Assembly (NCBI GenBank): GCA_045641465.1
Contig: JAZUGW010000166.1
Span: 691-64,690 of the forward strand
DNA length: 64,000 nucleotides
From: Kiritimatiellia bacterium
GTDB lineage: Bacteria; Verrucomicrobiota; Kiritimatiellia; RFP12; UBA1067
Direction: 5' to 3'
Made by a program: the position numbers and the translations under genes. The notes below the pieces were generated by a model. It was not told the origin of the DNA, searched no databases, and worked only from the letters and a program-made list of their open reading frames with translations. Shown piece by piece: positions 39,197 to 49,416 of this stretch. Each line of letters starts with the position of its first letter. Positions within the stretch are counted from its first letter, which is position 1.

Positions 39197-40789
39197 TCAG
39201 ATGTTGAGCGACGTCTTGCTCCAGGGTTCCTTGCCCGCGAGGAGCGAAGGCGTTGTCATTTCAGGCGGCACCGGAATGCCCAGCAGCTGCAAGGCCGTCG
39301 GAGCAATCGCGGAAAGCTTCGCGAGCGGCGTCAGGCGCACGCCCGCAGCGTCCTTGGCGACGTAGAAGCAGTCGACGAGGTTGAGCGTGTGGCTCGTCTT
39401 CGTGAGACCCGTCTTGTAGTCGACCATCTGTTCGGCGTTACCGTGGTCCGCATAGATCAGCACGTGCGCGTCGAGCTCCATCAGACGCGGCAAGATATTG
39501 CCGATGCATTCGTCCGTCACTTCGACGGCCTTCGTCGCCGCGGCGGAATCGCCCGTGTGACCGACCATGTCGCAGTTCGCGTAGTTGACGACGATGAGGC
39601 CGTACGGATTGTTCTCGAGACGCTTCAGGAGTTCGTCCGTCACGTTGTACGCTTCCATTTCCGGGTGCGACGCGAACGTCGCCGCATCGAAGCGGCTCTT
39701 GACTTCGATCTGGTCCTCACCCGCCGACGGTGTGGTGGACTTGCCGTTGAAGAAGCTCGTCACGTGCTTGATCTTCTGCGTTTCCGCGAGGCGGAGCTGC
39801 TTGAGACCGGCCTTCGACACGACTTCGCCGAGGAGATTATCCATGCCGCCGCCTGCGCCCATCGCGCCGAGGAGGTAGTCCTCGAACTCGTCCCAATAGC
39901 GCGTGAAGCCCAGGAACGTCACCTGCGGCTTCGCCTTCTGGTTCGCGGCGTCCGGATAGTCCGCCGACACAAACGCCTGCGTCAGCTGGATGGCACGGTC
40001 CTGACGGTAGTTCGTGTGCATGACCACATCGCCGTCCTTCATGCCGTCGTAGTCGCCGATCACATAGCACGGAATGTACTCGTCGGTCATCGGCGTCGCA
40101 TCCGGGGTCTTGCCCGTCGCGTACTCGTCCTTCACGCACGCCTCGATCGTCGCGGCCTTCTTGCCCTCGCAGGAGACGATGCAGTTATAGGCTTCGGTCG
40201 TCAGCTTCCAGTTTTTGGAACGGTCCATGCCGTAGTAGCGGCCCATCGCCGTGCCGATCTTCGCATTGCCGACGGCGGCGAGTTCCTGTTTCAGGCGCGC
40301 GATGTACTCGAGCGTCGAACGCGGCGGCGTGTCGCGTCCGTCGAGGAACGGATGCACCACGATGCGGCCTTCCGGAAATTCCTGGCGCGCGCGCTTCATG
40401 AGCTTGTAGAGATGCTCCTGGTGCGCGTGGACGCCTTCGTCCTGCAGGAGGCCGAAGAAATGGAGCTGGGAATTGTTCTTCTTCCAGTTGGCGATGAGGT
40501 TCGCCCACTTCGGGCTCTGGAAAAGCTCGCCCGAGGAGAGTCCGTCGTCGATGCGCTTGAGCTCCTGCACGACGATGCGGCCCGCGCCCATGTTCAGATG
40601 GCCGACTTCGCTCGACCCCTGATAGCCGTCCGGCAGGCCCACGGCCTCGCCGCAGCAGTCCAGCAGGCAGTGCGGATAACGCGCGCGGATCTGGTCGATA
40701 ACCGGCGTCTTCGCGGCCGCCACGGCATTGCCGTCATGATGATCGTTAACACCCCATCCATCGCGGATGATCAATACGACTGGTCTCAT
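39197..40789 (-). CDS. gpmI: 2,3-bisphosphoglycerate-independent phosphoglycerate mutase
   Basis: 530 aa. N-terminus MRPVVLIIRDGWG; metal-binding His/Asp clusters of the iPGM family are present. Confidence 0.95.
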   Translation of the reverse strand: MRPVVLIIRDGWGVNDHHDGNAVAAAKTPVIDQIRARYPHCLLDCCGEAVGLPDGYQGSSEVGHLNMGAGRIVVQELKRIDDGLSSGELFQSPKWANLIANWKKNNSQLHFFGLLQDEGVHAHQEHLYKLMKRARQEFPEGRIVVHPFLDGRDTPPRSTLEYIARLKQELAAVGNAKIGTAMGRYYGMDRSKNWKLTTEAYNCIVSCEGKKAATIEACVKDEYATGKTPDATPMTDEYIPCYVIGDYDGMKDGDVVMHTNYRQDRAIQLTQAFVSADYPDAANQKAKPQVTFLGFTRYWDEFEDYLLGAMGAGGGMDNLLGEVVSKAGLKQLRLAETQKIKHVTSFFNGKSTTPSAGEDQIEVKSRFDAATFASHPEMEAYNVTDELLKRLENNPYGLIVVNYANCDMVGHTGDSAAATKAVEVTDECIGNILPRLMELDAHVLIYADHGNAEQMVDYKTGLTKTSHTLNLVDCFYVAKDAAGVRLTPLAKLSAIAPTALQLLGIPVPPEMTTPSLLAGKEPWSKTSLNI

Positions 40790-40874
40790 TCTTTTGATTT
40801 CCTTCTGATTCTTTGACTAAACGTGAGAGAGCTTTGCGTGAATCCACATTCCCAAGCTCTCGATTAAAATGCAT

Positions 40875-41390
40875 TCAGGGCGTGAACGTCTCCGCCTTCG
40901 GCGCACGAACATCCTTGGCGAGCTTGTCGAGCACGCCGTTGACAAAACGGCCGCTCTTCGTCTCGGAGAAGAATTTCGCGAGGTCGATCGCCTCGTTCAC
41001 AACGATCGGCGCTGGGATGTCCAGACACGTCGTCAGCTCCCATACGCCGAGGCGCAGCACATTGCGCTCGACCGTGCCGAGACGGTAGATGGACCAATTG
41101 CGGAGATAGTTTTCGATCTGGGCGTCCAGCTTCTCGCGTGCCGCCCACACGCCGCGCACGCGCTCTTCCGTGAAGCCGCGCATTTCCGCGAGCGAGCACT
41201 GCACCTGCGGATCCTGCGCGGTGAAGAGCGGACGGCACCTCTTCGTATCGTCTTCCAGCAGCTCGAGCTCGAGCTCGGCCTGCTGATCCCAGAACGCGGT
41301 GATGCCCGCTTCGACATCGAACGGCGGATTCAGATCAAACTGCACCAGAAGCTGAAGTGCCCATTCGCGGGCCTGCCGACGCGTGGCCAT
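40875..41390 (-). CDS. nusB: transcription antitermination factor NusB
   Basis: 171 aa. RRQAREWALQLLVQFDL..., typical NusB helical fold signature. Start overlaps the stop of the upstream SPFH gene. Confidence 0.9.
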   Translation of the reverse strand: MATRRQAREWALQLLVQFDLNPPFDVEAGITAFWDQQAELELELLEDDTKRCRPLFTAQDPQVQCSLAEMRGFTEERVRGVWAAREKLDAQIENYLRNWSIYRLGTVERNVLRLGVWELTTCLDIPAPIVVNEAIDLAKFFSETKSGRFVNGVLDKLAKDVRAPKAETFTP

Positions 41391-42328
41391 TAATGCGCCT
41401 CCTCGGAAGTCGTCTTCTTGACAATGGTCGTGCAGGCCTTCAGGATGCCGGCGACATTGGCGAGATCGCCCGGAATGATCATCGTGTTGTTCGTCTTCGC
41501 CAGGTTGCCGAACTGCGCGAGATACTGCTGCGCCAGCTGCATGTTCACGGACTCGAGACCGCCCTGCGAGTTGATCGCCTCGGCAACCTTCTGAATGCCG
41601 GCCGCCTGCGCCTCGGCGACGAGGAGAATCTCCTTCGCGCGGCCTTCGGCTTCGTTGATCTTGCGCTGACGCTCGCCTTCGGACAGGTTGATCGCCTGCT
41701 GCTTCTCGCCCTCGGCGCGGTTGATCTTCGCCTGGCGTTCACCTTCGGATTCCGCAATCATCGCGCGCTTCTCGCGTTCGGCGCGCATCTGCTTTTCCAT
41801 CGCGTCGCGAATCGTGCGCGGGGGCGTGATGTTCTTGATCTCGTAGCGCGTCACCTTGATGCCCCACGGGTCGCTCGCCTTGTCCACCGCCGTGACAATC
41901 GCCGAGTTGATCGCCGTACGCTCCTCGAAGGAGCGATCGAGATCGAGCTTGCCCATCTCGGAACGCATCGTCGTCTGCGCCAGCTGCGTGGTGGCGAAGA
42001 GGTAGTTGCCGATGCCGTAGGACGCCTTGACCGGGTCCATCACCTGCATGTAGAGGATGCCGTCGACCGACACGGCGATGTTGTCCTTCGTGATGCACTC
42101 CTGCGGCGGCACGTCGATGGCCTGCTCCTTCAGCGTGTGCTTGTAGGCGATTTTATCGAAGAACGGCACGAGGATGTGGAACCCCGCCTCGAGCGTGCAG
42201 CGGTACTTGCCGAGCCGCTCCACGATGTAGGCCGTCTTCTGCGGCACGACGATGGCGGTCTTGAGGATCGCCACAAGGACGATGAACGCAACCACGGCAA
42301 AAAACACGACTGGCACTGTTATTGGCAT
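41390..42328 (-). CDS. SPFH/band-7 (stomatin/prohibitin-like) membrane protein
   Basis: 312 aa. N-terminal TM helix, SPFH core (YIVERLGKY...DNIAVSVDGILYMQV) and C-terminal coiled coil. AAAGAGG Shine-Dalgarno. Confidence 0.85.
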   Translation of the reverse strand: MPITVPVVFFAVVAFIVLVAILKTAIVVPQKTAYIVERLGKYRCTLEAGFHILVPFFDKIAYKHTLKEQAIDVPPQECITKDNIAVSVDGILYMQVMDPVKASYGIGNYLFATTQLAQTTMRSEMGKLDLDRSFEERTAINSAIVTAVDKASDPWGIKVTRYEIKNITPPRTIRDAMEKQMRAEREKRAMIAESEGERQAKINRAEGEKQQAINLSEGERQRKINEAEGRAKEILLVAEAQAAGIQKVAEAINSQGGLESVNMQLAQQYLAQFGNLAKTNNTMIIPGDLANVAGILKACTTIVKKTTSEEAH

Positions 42329-42407
42329 TTGAAACCTCTTTATTACAATTTTAGTCCCTTAACCGAGGGCGCCGCCAACCAGGTGGACACCTCGCGGAAA
42401 GAGAGTA

Positions 42408-42436
42408 GTATTATAGAAGATTCTCCGTCCGGTGAC
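42408..42436 (-). promoter_or_regulatory. sigma70-type promoter (TTGTCA-17-TATAAT) for the SPFH-nusB-gpmI transcription unit
   Basis: The reverse strand reads cTTGTCAccggacggagaatcttcTATAATact ~80 nt upstream of the ATG at 42328. It forms a divergent promoter region with the ftsH promoter. Confidence 0.55.
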
Positions 42437-42458
42437 AAGTCAGAATATTCAACACTTT

Positions 42459-42491
42459 CTTCGTACACGCGCGCGCGATATATGCTATAAT
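42459..42491 (+). promoter_or_regulatory. promoter with extended -10 (TGcTATAAT) and upstream TCGTACAC box; ftsH mRNA would be near-leaderless
   Basis: The sequence tcgtacac-N19-TATGCTATAATA has its TATAAT ending 9 nt before the ftsH ATG at 42501. No Shine-Dalgarno can fit in that space. Confidence 0.45.
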
Positions 42492-42500
42492 AGAGAACCT

Positions 42501-44513
42501 ATGTCCGAAGAAAAGATTGACAAACAAACCGACGCGCAGAAAAAGTCGCGTCCGATCCCGAAAGCCCCCGCCCCGCAAGGGATGCGCGGAGGCTGGATTA
42601 TGCTGATTGTTCTGGCCACCGTGCTGTTGGCTTCGCGCTTCTACGACAAAGCCGCCAACGCCCCCACCCAGGAGCTCGCGCAGAACGAGTTCATGGCGGC
42701 CGTCGCCTCCAACAGCGTCGAAAAGGTCGAGCGCGTGCGCGTGCTCGACAGCGGCAGCACGTATCTGCGCGGCCGCCTCAAAGGCGCCGCGTCCGATTTC
42801 CGCGTGAACCTCGTCCCCGGCGAGAACGACCGCCTGATGGGCTACTTGCTCGAACGGAACCTGAAGTGTCCCATCAAGGAAGAGTCGCCGATCTTCGGCC
42901 CCTTCCTGCAGCAGCTGCTCATTTTCGGCGTGTTCGCCGCCCTGCTCTGGTTCCTCATCTACCGGAAGATGATGGGCGGCGGCGGTTCAGGCGGCGTGTT
43001 CTCGATGGGCAAGTCGCGCGCCAAGCTGCTGGACGAAAACAAGGGCAAGGGCAAGGTGACGTTCAAAGACGTCGCCGGTGTCGACGAGGCCAAGGAGGAT
43101 GTCGCGGAGATCGTGGAGTTCCTCAAGGCCCCCAGCAAGTTCACGAAGCTCGGCGCGCGCATTCCGCGCGGCATTCTCCTGGTGGGGCCGCCCGGCACTG
43201 GCGAGAGCTGTGTCGCCAAGGCGATCGCCGGCGAGGCGAAGGTGCCGTTCTTCTCGATCAGCGGCAGCGACTTCGAGGAGATGTTCGTCGGCGTCGGTGC
43301 GAGCCGTGTGCGCGACCTGTTCGAACAGGGCAAGAAGAACGCGCCGTGCATCATCTTCATCGACGAAATCGACTCGGTCGGACAGAAGCGCAACGCGGGC
43401 GGCATGACGGCCCAGCGCTGTGCGGACCAGACGCTGAACGCGATGCTCGTCGAGATGGACGGTTTCGGAACGAACGACGGCGTGATCGTGATCGCCGCGA
43501 CGAACCGTCCCGACATCCTCGACCCCGCCCTGCTGCGTCCGGGGCGCTTCGACCGCCAGGTGCATGTCGACCTGCCGACGCTCAAGGGCCGCGAGGAGAT
43601 TCTCAAGATCCACGCCGCCAAGGTGAAACTCGCCGACGACGTCGACCTCTCGCGCCTCGCGCGCGGCACCTCGGGCCACTCGGGCGCCGACCTCGCGAAC
43701 ATCATCAACGAAGCCGCCCTTCTCGCCGCACGGCGCAACCTCGAGGCGATTCCGCACGCCATTCTCGAAGAGGCGCGGGACAAGGTCTTCTGGGGAAGCG
43801 AACGCAAGAGCGCCGGCTATACGCGGAAGGAATACGAGACGACGGCCTGGCACGAGGCGGGACACGCCCTCGTGCAGCTGCTGCTGCCGAATTCGGATCC
43901 GCTCCACAAGGTTTCGATCATTCCGCGCGGGCGCGCCCTCGGCGTCACGATGTCCCTGCCGGAACAGGATGTGTTGAACCGCACCAAGTCCTGGTTCCTC
44001 GACTACATGGCGATCTGCTGCGCCGGCCGTATCGGCGAGAAGATCCACACGTCGGACATCTCGACCGGCGCCGCACAGGACATCGTGCAGGCGACCGCCG
44101 TCGCCCGTGCGATGGTCTGCCGCTTCGGCATGAGCGAATCGTTCGGCTTCCAGTCCTTCATCGAGCCCAACGTGCTGGCCGTCGAAGAAGCGCCGCCGCC
44201 CTTCTCCCAGAAGACCGCCGAGGCGATCGACGTCGAAGTGAAGACGCTGGTCGATGCCGCCTACGCCAAAGCCACACAGCTGCTGAACGACAACCGCGAC
44301 AGACTCGAGCTGCTGGCCAAGACCCTTCTTGAAAAGGAGACGCTCGACGGACGCGAGGTCGAATCGCTTCTGGGACTCGAACGCGAGCACCCCGAAGAAA
44401 CGGCGAAGCCGGAAGAACCCGCCGCCCCCTCCGAAGAGACGCCCAAGGCGGAAGACACACCCCTGGCGGACGAAACGCCTAAGGCGGAAGAACCGAAGAC
44501 TACCGAGGCCTGA
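42501..44513 (+). CDS. ftsH: ATP-dependent zinc metalloprotease FtsH
   Basis: The ATG at 42501 (MSEEKIDKQ...) was chosen; the track ORF starts 23 codons earlier inside the promoter. Two TM helices, Walker [12 protein letters not shown], Zn motif HEAGHA. The C-terminal tail is Pro/Glu/Lys-rich. Confidence 0.95.
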   Translation: MSEEKIDKQTDAQKKSRPIPKAPAPQGMRGGWIMLIVLATVLLASRFYDKAANAPTQELAQNEFMAAVASNSVEKVERVRVLDSGSTYLRGRLKGAASDFRVNLVPGENDRLMGYLLERNLKCPIKEESPIFGPFLQQLLIFGVFAALLWFLIYRKMMGGGGSGGVFSMGKSRAKLLDENKGKGKVTFKDVAGVDEAKEDVAEIVEFLKAPSKFTKLGARIPRGILLVGPPGTGESCVAKAIAGEAKVPFFSISGSDFEEMFVGVGASRVRDLFEQGKKNAPCIIFIDEIDSVGQKRNAGGMTAQRCADQTLNAMLVEMDGFGTNDGVIVIAATNRPDILDPALLRPGRFDRQVHVDLPTLKGREEILKIHAAKVKLADDVDLSRLARGTSGHSGADLANIINEAALLAARRNLEAIPHAILEEARDKVFWGSERKSAGYTRKEYETTAWHEAGHALVQLLLPNSDPLHKVSIIPRGRALGVTMSLPEQDVLNRTKSWFLDYMAICCAGRIGEKIHTSDISTGAAQDIVQATAVARAMVCRFGMSESFGFQSFIEPNVLAVEEAPPPFSQKTAEAIDVEVKTLVDAAYAKATQLLNDNRDRLELLAKTLLEKETLDGREVESLLGLEREHPEETAKPEEPAAPSEETPKAEDTPLADETPKAEEPKTTEA

Positions 44514-44514
44514 C

Positions 44515-45327
44515 ATGATCTGGAAATGCAGAGAACACGAGCTCGACCTGTCCAGCACGACACGCGTGATGGGCGTCGTCAATGTCACACCCGACTCATT
44601 CTCGGACGGCGGACTCTACTACAAGCCCGCCGAAGCGATTGCGCGCGCCCGCAACTGTGTGAACGAGGGCGCTGACATCATCGACCTCGGCGGCGAATCG
44701 ACGCGGCCGGACGCGACGCCTCTCAACTGGCAGCGCGAGTGGCTGCGGCTCGAGCCCGTGCTGCACATTCTCGTCCGCGAATTCGCCAACACGCCGATTT
44801 CGGTGGACACCTATCATCCCGAAACCGCGGAACGCGCGCTGGCCGAAGGCGCGTCGATCATCAACTGCGTCTATGCCGAACCGATTCCCGCCATGGCGCT
44901 GCTCGCACGCCGTACCGGATGCGGTCTCATCATACCGTGCCGTTCGGCAGCCGAACTTGCCGCGCTGAATCTGCCGTCCGCATTGACAGGCGGCGAGCGT
45001 ACGCAGGTGCTGATCGATCCTGAAATCGGTTTCGCCACGACGCGCGAGGAAGACCTTGCGCTGCTCGGCTCGCTTCGGACGCTCGCCCAGCTTGCGCCCG
45101 TCTGCGTCGGCGTCTCGCGCAAGCGCTTTGTCAAGAAGCTTACAGGGGAACGCGTCGCGGGCAAGAACCTGGGCGGTAGCGTCGGCGCCGCCGTCTGGTG
45201 CGTCATGAACGGGGCTTCCGTCGTGCGGGTGCATGACGTCAAGGAAACGCGGCAGGCAATCGATGTCGCCCGCCTGCTGGCGACCACCTTCCCCGCTGAA
45301 AATCCCGTCTCATTCACAAAGGCTTGA
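44515..45327 (+). CDS. folP: dihydropteroate synthase
   Basis: The ATG lies 1 nt after the ftsH stop (tgacATG). Pterin-binding motifs MGVVNVTPDSFSDGG and DIIDLGGESTRP. The track ORF 44329..45327 is an over-extension that overlaps ftsH. Confidence 0.9.
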   Translation: MIWKCREHELDLSSTTRVMGVVNVTPDSFSDGGLYYKPAEAIARARNCVNEGADIIDLGGESTRPDATPLNWQREWLRLEPVLHILVREFANTPISVDTYHPETAERALAEGASIINCVYAEPIPAMALLARRTGCGLIIPCRSAAELAALNLPSALTGGERTQVLIDPEIGFATTREEDLALLGSLRTLAQLAPVCVGVSRKRFVKKLTGERVAGKNLGGSVGAAVWCVMNGASVVRVHDVKETRQAIDVARLLATTFPAENPVSFTKA

Positions 45328-46295
45328 TCGCCATGCACTTGAACTGGCAGACAATTTCAACTTGGATTCCCGACATCCTTCAGATTGCGATCCTGTACTT
45401 CTCGATCTACGCAATCCTCAAGGCCGCGCGCGGTTCGCGTTTCGGCCAGGTGCTGATGGGCACGGGCATCATCTTCGCGCTCTTGATCGCCTTCACGTTC
45501 CTCTTCAACTTCGACGTGCTCGCGTTCATCGTGAAGAGTCTGCTCGGCTACCTCGCCCTTTCAACGGTCGTCATCTTCCAGCCGGAGATCCGCCGCATCC
45601 TCGCGACGATCGGCGCCTTCCTGTTCGCCGACAACCGCCACCAGGGTCCGGCCAGCAAGGGACACGTCACCCCCGAGGAACTCGTCTCGTACATCTTCAA
45701 GCTGGCGCGGGCGCGTACAGGCGCACTCATCGCCATCGAACGCGGCATCTCCCTGCGCGGCGTTGAAACCACGGGCGTCACGCTCGACGCGATCATTTCG
45801 AACGAACTGATGTTCTCGATCTTCACCGAACCGATGCCGCTCCACGACGGCGGCGCCATCATCCGGCACGGCCGTCTCGCCGCCGCGCACTGCCTCTTCC
45901 CCGTCTCGAGCAATCTCGACAGCCTCTTCGACTCGGGCATGCGCCACCGCGCGGCCGTCGGCCTCAGCGAAGAGACGGATGCGCTCGTCATCGCCGTCAG
46001 CGAGGAACGCGGCCGCGTCTCCGTCGCCCACAACGGACGCCTCCTGCGCTATCCGGACTTGTCCGACGATTCGCGCAAGGCCGTCTTGCGCTGGGTGCGC
46101 AAGGCCATGCCGCAGCAGAAGACGGCGATGGAAACAATTGCCGACTGGCTTCGGCGTCGGCGTGAACGCCTGACGCAACCAACCCCGCAACCGGAAACGC
46201 CCCCGACTCCCGACACGGCGCCGATCCCGCATCGGCCCACTTTGAAAGACGGTACCGAGGGAACGCCCGCCGAGAAGGAAGGAACGTCCAAATGA
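45324..46295 (+). CDS. cdaA: diadenylate cyclase CdaA (membrane-anchored DAC domain)
   Basis: 323 aa. Three N-terminal TM helices. DAC motifs GALIAIER, DGG..I..GRL, RHRAAVG, SEERG.VS. C-terminal Pro/Thr-rich tail. Confidence 0.9.
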   Translation: MIAMHLNWQTISTWIPDILQIAILYFSIYAILKAARGSRFGQVLMGTGIIFALLIAFTFLFNFDVLAFIVKSLLGYLALSTVVIFQPEIRRILATIGAFLFADNRHQGPASKGHVTPEELVSYIFKLARARTGALIAIERGISLRGVETTGVTLDAIISNELMFSIFTEPMPLHDGGAIIRHGRLAAAHCLFPVSSNLDSLFDSGMRHRAAVGLSEETDALVIAVSEERGRVSVAHNGRLLRYPDLSDDSRKAVLRWVRKAMPQQKTAMETIADWLRRRRERLTQPTPQPETPPTPDTAPIPHRPTLKDGTEGTPAEKEGTSK

Positions 46296-46462
46296 AAAAC
46301 TTCCTCAAAAATCTTCTTTCCCTTTTCACACGTAACTGGTGGCTCAAGCTTCTGGCGCTGGCTTTGGCGCTGGCGGTCTTCTACGGCGTGCGCGGATCCA
46401 TCCACGGCACGTCCTACACCGATGATTTCATGAGAGGCCCTTCTAATGCAGACAACCGATAA
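46292..46462 (+). pseudogene. 56-aa remnant of CdaR (YbbR): N-terminal TM segment only
   Basis: The ATG overlaps the cdaA stop (aATGa). Encodes MKNFLKNLLSLFTRNWWLKLLALALALAVFYGVRGSIHGTSYTDDFMRGPSNADNR. This resembles the N-terminal TM of CdaR proteins (B. subtilis MDKFLNNRWAVKIIALLFALLLYVAV), but no YbbR repeats follow and the ORF stops inside the ftsK start region. It is not in the ORF track because it is shorter than 60 aa. Confidence 0.45.
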
Positions 46463-49364
46463 AGAACAATCCAACTATCCTTACGAATCGTCCTTGCGTC
46501 GCCGGCTGATCGGATTCTTCATGTTTCCGATCGCCTTCTTCCCGTTCATCGCGCTCTTCACCTACAACTGGCGCGACGTCTCGGCCCTGGTGATTCCTCC
46601 ACACACGCCGACGGTGAATCTGATCGGCCAAGTCGGCAACTGGTTCGCCTACCTCGGCTACCAGCTCATCGGCCTCGGCATCTGGTCCGTTCCGCCGATC
46701 TGCGTGTTCGCCGGACTCCGCCTCGCCTTTGGACGTTCCTTCCATCCGGGCCGCCGCACGGTCGGCGTTCTGCTGTTCGTCTTCTCCGGCACCTGCCTGC
46801 TGCAGCTGACCGGCCACCTGCCCGTCATCGCCAACAAGCTGTACGAGCTGAACATCGCCCCGAATGCCGGCGGCGCCGTGGGCTATCTCGTGATGACGCG
46901 CGGACTCGCCCAGCTGCTCTCGCCTTTCGGCTCGGGCGTGCTGATGATCTGCCTGATGCTGTTCTCGATCTTCTTCACCATCGGCTTCCACACGATCATC
47001 GACGGACTCGCCCGCCTGACGGCCTGGGCGGCCGATCGCAAGGCCGAGGCGGAAGCCGCCGCCGAAGCCGCAGAAGAAGAAGCGCAGATCCAGGCGCAGG
47101 AAGCCGCCTTGGCCGCGCGCGAAGAAGCCAAGGCCCAGCGTCTGGCCGAGAAGCAGCGCATCGCCGATGAAAAGGCGGCCAAGAAGGCCGAGAAAGAAGC
47201 CGCCCGCGAACTGCTGCGTCAGCAACGCGAAGAGCAGCGGCGCCAGAAAGAAGCCGCGAAGCTCGCCGCCGAGGAAGAACGCCGTCAGCTGCGCGAGCGT
47301 CTGCAGACCGATCTCACGACGACCTCAGGTGCCGTGCTGGACTGGGCTCCGCAAGCCCCCCTGCCCCAGACGCCGACGCCCACGCCGTCCGCGCCTCCGC
47401 CGCTGATGGTGCCGGACGCCTTCCCCGCGGCCGACCCCGTTGTCCGCCCGGTACGCTCCGTCAATCCGATGCCCCAGCCCTTGCGTCCATCCGTCGCCCC
47501 GGCAGCACCGGCGCCGCGTCCGGTCGCCCCGGCACCGGCTCCGGTGTTTCCACCCGCCGCGGCATTCGCACCGACGCCTGCGCCCAAACCTGCACCGGTA
47601 CCGGCAGCGGAACCTGCGCCCGCACCCGAGCCGGTCGAGGACAAGGGGCCCTATCTGCTGCCGACCGTTGCGCTTTTGCACGACGTCCCGCCCAAGACAG
47701 GCGGAGCCGAAAACACGTCGGCCATGGCCCAGCGTCTCATCGACACGCTCAAGGTGTTCGGCGTGAACGCAGAGCTCGCCTATTACGTCGCCGGACCCGT
47801 CGTGACGCAATATGCCCTCACGCTTGAAACGGGAACGCGCGTCGAGAAAGCCGCCGGTCTTCAGCGCAACATCCAGATGGCGCTGCAGGCAACCTCGTTG
47901 CGTATCGAAGCGCCGATCCCCGGCAAGAACGCCGTTGGTATCGAAGTGCCGAACCTGAAGCCGGCCTCCGTCAGCTTCCGCGAAATCATCGACGGCGAAC
48001 TCTGGCAGAAGAATTCGCCCGGCAAGTTCCAGGTGCCGCTTCTTCTCGGCAAGGACGCCGCCGGAAACGACCTCGTGGCGGACCTTGCCAAGCTACCGCA
48101 CCTGCTCGTCGCCGGCGCCACGGGCCAAGGCAAGTCCGTCTGCCTCAACTCGATCATCAACGGTCTCTTGATGTGCCGTACGCCGGAACAGCTGAAGCTC
48201 ATCATGGTGGACCCCAAGCGCGTCGAATTCACGGCCTACAACAAGCTGCCGCATCTGCTCGTGCCGATCATCAACGACACGAAGAAAGTCGTGTTCGCAC
48301 TGCGTTCGGCCGTCGTCGAAATGGACCGCCGTCTCAAGATGTTCGCCAAGGTCGGCAGCCGTAACATCGTGGACTTCAACAACCGCAAGACCGTAACGCA
48401 AGGCGACATGTTCGGTGCGGACGAAGTGGTGAACGGCGATCCTGAAATCCCGAAGACCGTCCCCTACATCGTCATCATCATCGACGAAGTGGCGGACATC
48501 ATGCAGGCCGCGAAAAAGGAAGTCGAACCGGTCATCGCCCGGCTCACCGCCCTTGCGCGTGCGACCGGCATCCATCTCATTCTGGCGACGCAGCGTCCGG
48601 ACGCGAACATCATCACCGGCGTCATCAAGTCGAACATCCCCGGACGAATCGCCTTCAAGACGTCCTCCTCGATCGACTCCCGTACGATCCTCGACGCCAC
48701 GGGCTCGGAACTGCTCATCGGCAAGGGCGACATGCTCTTCAAAATGTCCGATGGCCGCCTCCTGCGCGCCCAGGGATCGTTTATCTCGGACGAAGAGATC
48801 AACAACATCGTCACGTTCATCGGCGAACACGCCAACGTGCAGTTCGACGAAAAACTCACGAAGCGCCTGGAACGCATCAAAGAGGCCGATCCGAACGAGG
48901 AAATGGACGACGAGGACGGCGAGGACAATTCGAAGGAAGTTCCGATGGATCCGATGGCGGCCCCCACCGCCAGCGGCATGCCCGCGCCTTCCGGCATGAC
49001 GCAGAACAAGGAAGACATGCTCTACCGCCGTGCGCTCGAAGTGCTGCGCGACACGAAACGCGCGTCCACTTCGCATCTGCAAAGACGAATGGGCATCGGC
49101 TACAACCATGCGGCCCGCCTCATCGACCTGCTGGAAGAGCGCGGTGTGATCGGCGTCAACCGAGGGGCCGGTCCGCGCGAGATTCTGCTGGACCCCGAAG
49201 CGATCCTCAATCAGATGGACGGGGTCGCTCCGACACCGACCACACCGGAAGGAGATGTCCTTGTGGCAGGCGCCCCCGATGCGGCCGGTTTCGCCCCGCA
49301 ACCGCCCAGTTCGGGCGTTCCGACAGGCGACGACGATCCTTTTGGTTTCCCGCCCGAGTCTTAA
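46446..49364 (+). CDS. ftsK: DNA translocase FtsK/SpoIIIE
   Basis: 972 aa. N-terminal 4-TM domain, long Pro/Ala-rich linker, RecA-like motor (Walker A GATGQGKS), C-terminal gamma winged helix (RRALEVLRDTKRASTSHLQRRMGIGYNHAARLIDLLEERGVIG). Confidence 0.95.
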   Translation: MQTTDKEQSNYPYESSLRRRLIGFFMFPIAFFPFIALFTYNWRDVSALVIPPHTPTVNLIGQVGNWFAYLGYQLIGLGIWSVPPICVFAGLRLAFGRSFHPGRRTVGVLLFVFSGTCLLQLTGHLPVIANKLYELNIAPNAGGAVGYLVMTRGLAQLLSPFGSGVLMICLMLFSIFFTIGFHTIIDGLARLTAWAADRKAEAEAAAEAAEEEAQIQAQEAALAAREEAKAQRLAEKQRIADEKAAKKAEKEAARELLRQQREEQRRQKEAAKLAAEEERRQLRERLQTDLTTTSGAVLDWAPQAPLPQTPTPTPSAPPPLMVPDAFPAADPVVRPVRSVNPMPQPLRPSVAPAAPAPRPVAPAPAPVFPPAAAFAPTPAPKPAPVPAAEPAPAPEPVEDKGPYLLPTVALLHDVPPKTGGAENTSAMAQRLIDTLKVFGVNAELAYYVAGPVVTQYALTLETGTRVEKAAGLQRNIQMALQATSLRIEAPIPGKNAVGIEVPNLKPASVSFREIIDGELWQKNSPGKFQVPLLLGKDAAGNDLVADLAKLPHLLVAGATGQGKSVCLNSIINGLLMCRTPEQLKLIMVDPKRVEFTAYNKLPHLLVPIINDTKKVVFALRSAVVEMDRRLKMFAKVGSRNIVDFNNRKTVTQGDMFGADEVVNGDPEIPKTVPYIVIIIDEVADIMQAAKKEVEPVIARLTALARATGIHLILATQRPDANIITGVIKSNIPGRIAFKTSSSIDSRTILDATGSELLIGKGDMLFKMSDGRLLRAQGSFISDEEINNIVTFIGEHANVQFDEKLTKRLERIKEADPNEEMDDEDGEDNSKEVPMDPMAAPTASGMPAPSGMTQNKEDMLYRRALEVLRDTKRASTSHLQRRMGIGYNHAARLIDLLEERGVIGVNRGAGPREILLDPEAILNQMDGVAPTPTTPEGDVLVAGAPDAAGFAPQPPSSGVPTGDDDPFGFPPES

Positions 49365-49416
49365 CACGTTTCAAAAATAGTCATTTAACATTTACCCCTA
49401 ATCAAGAAAGGTTCAC

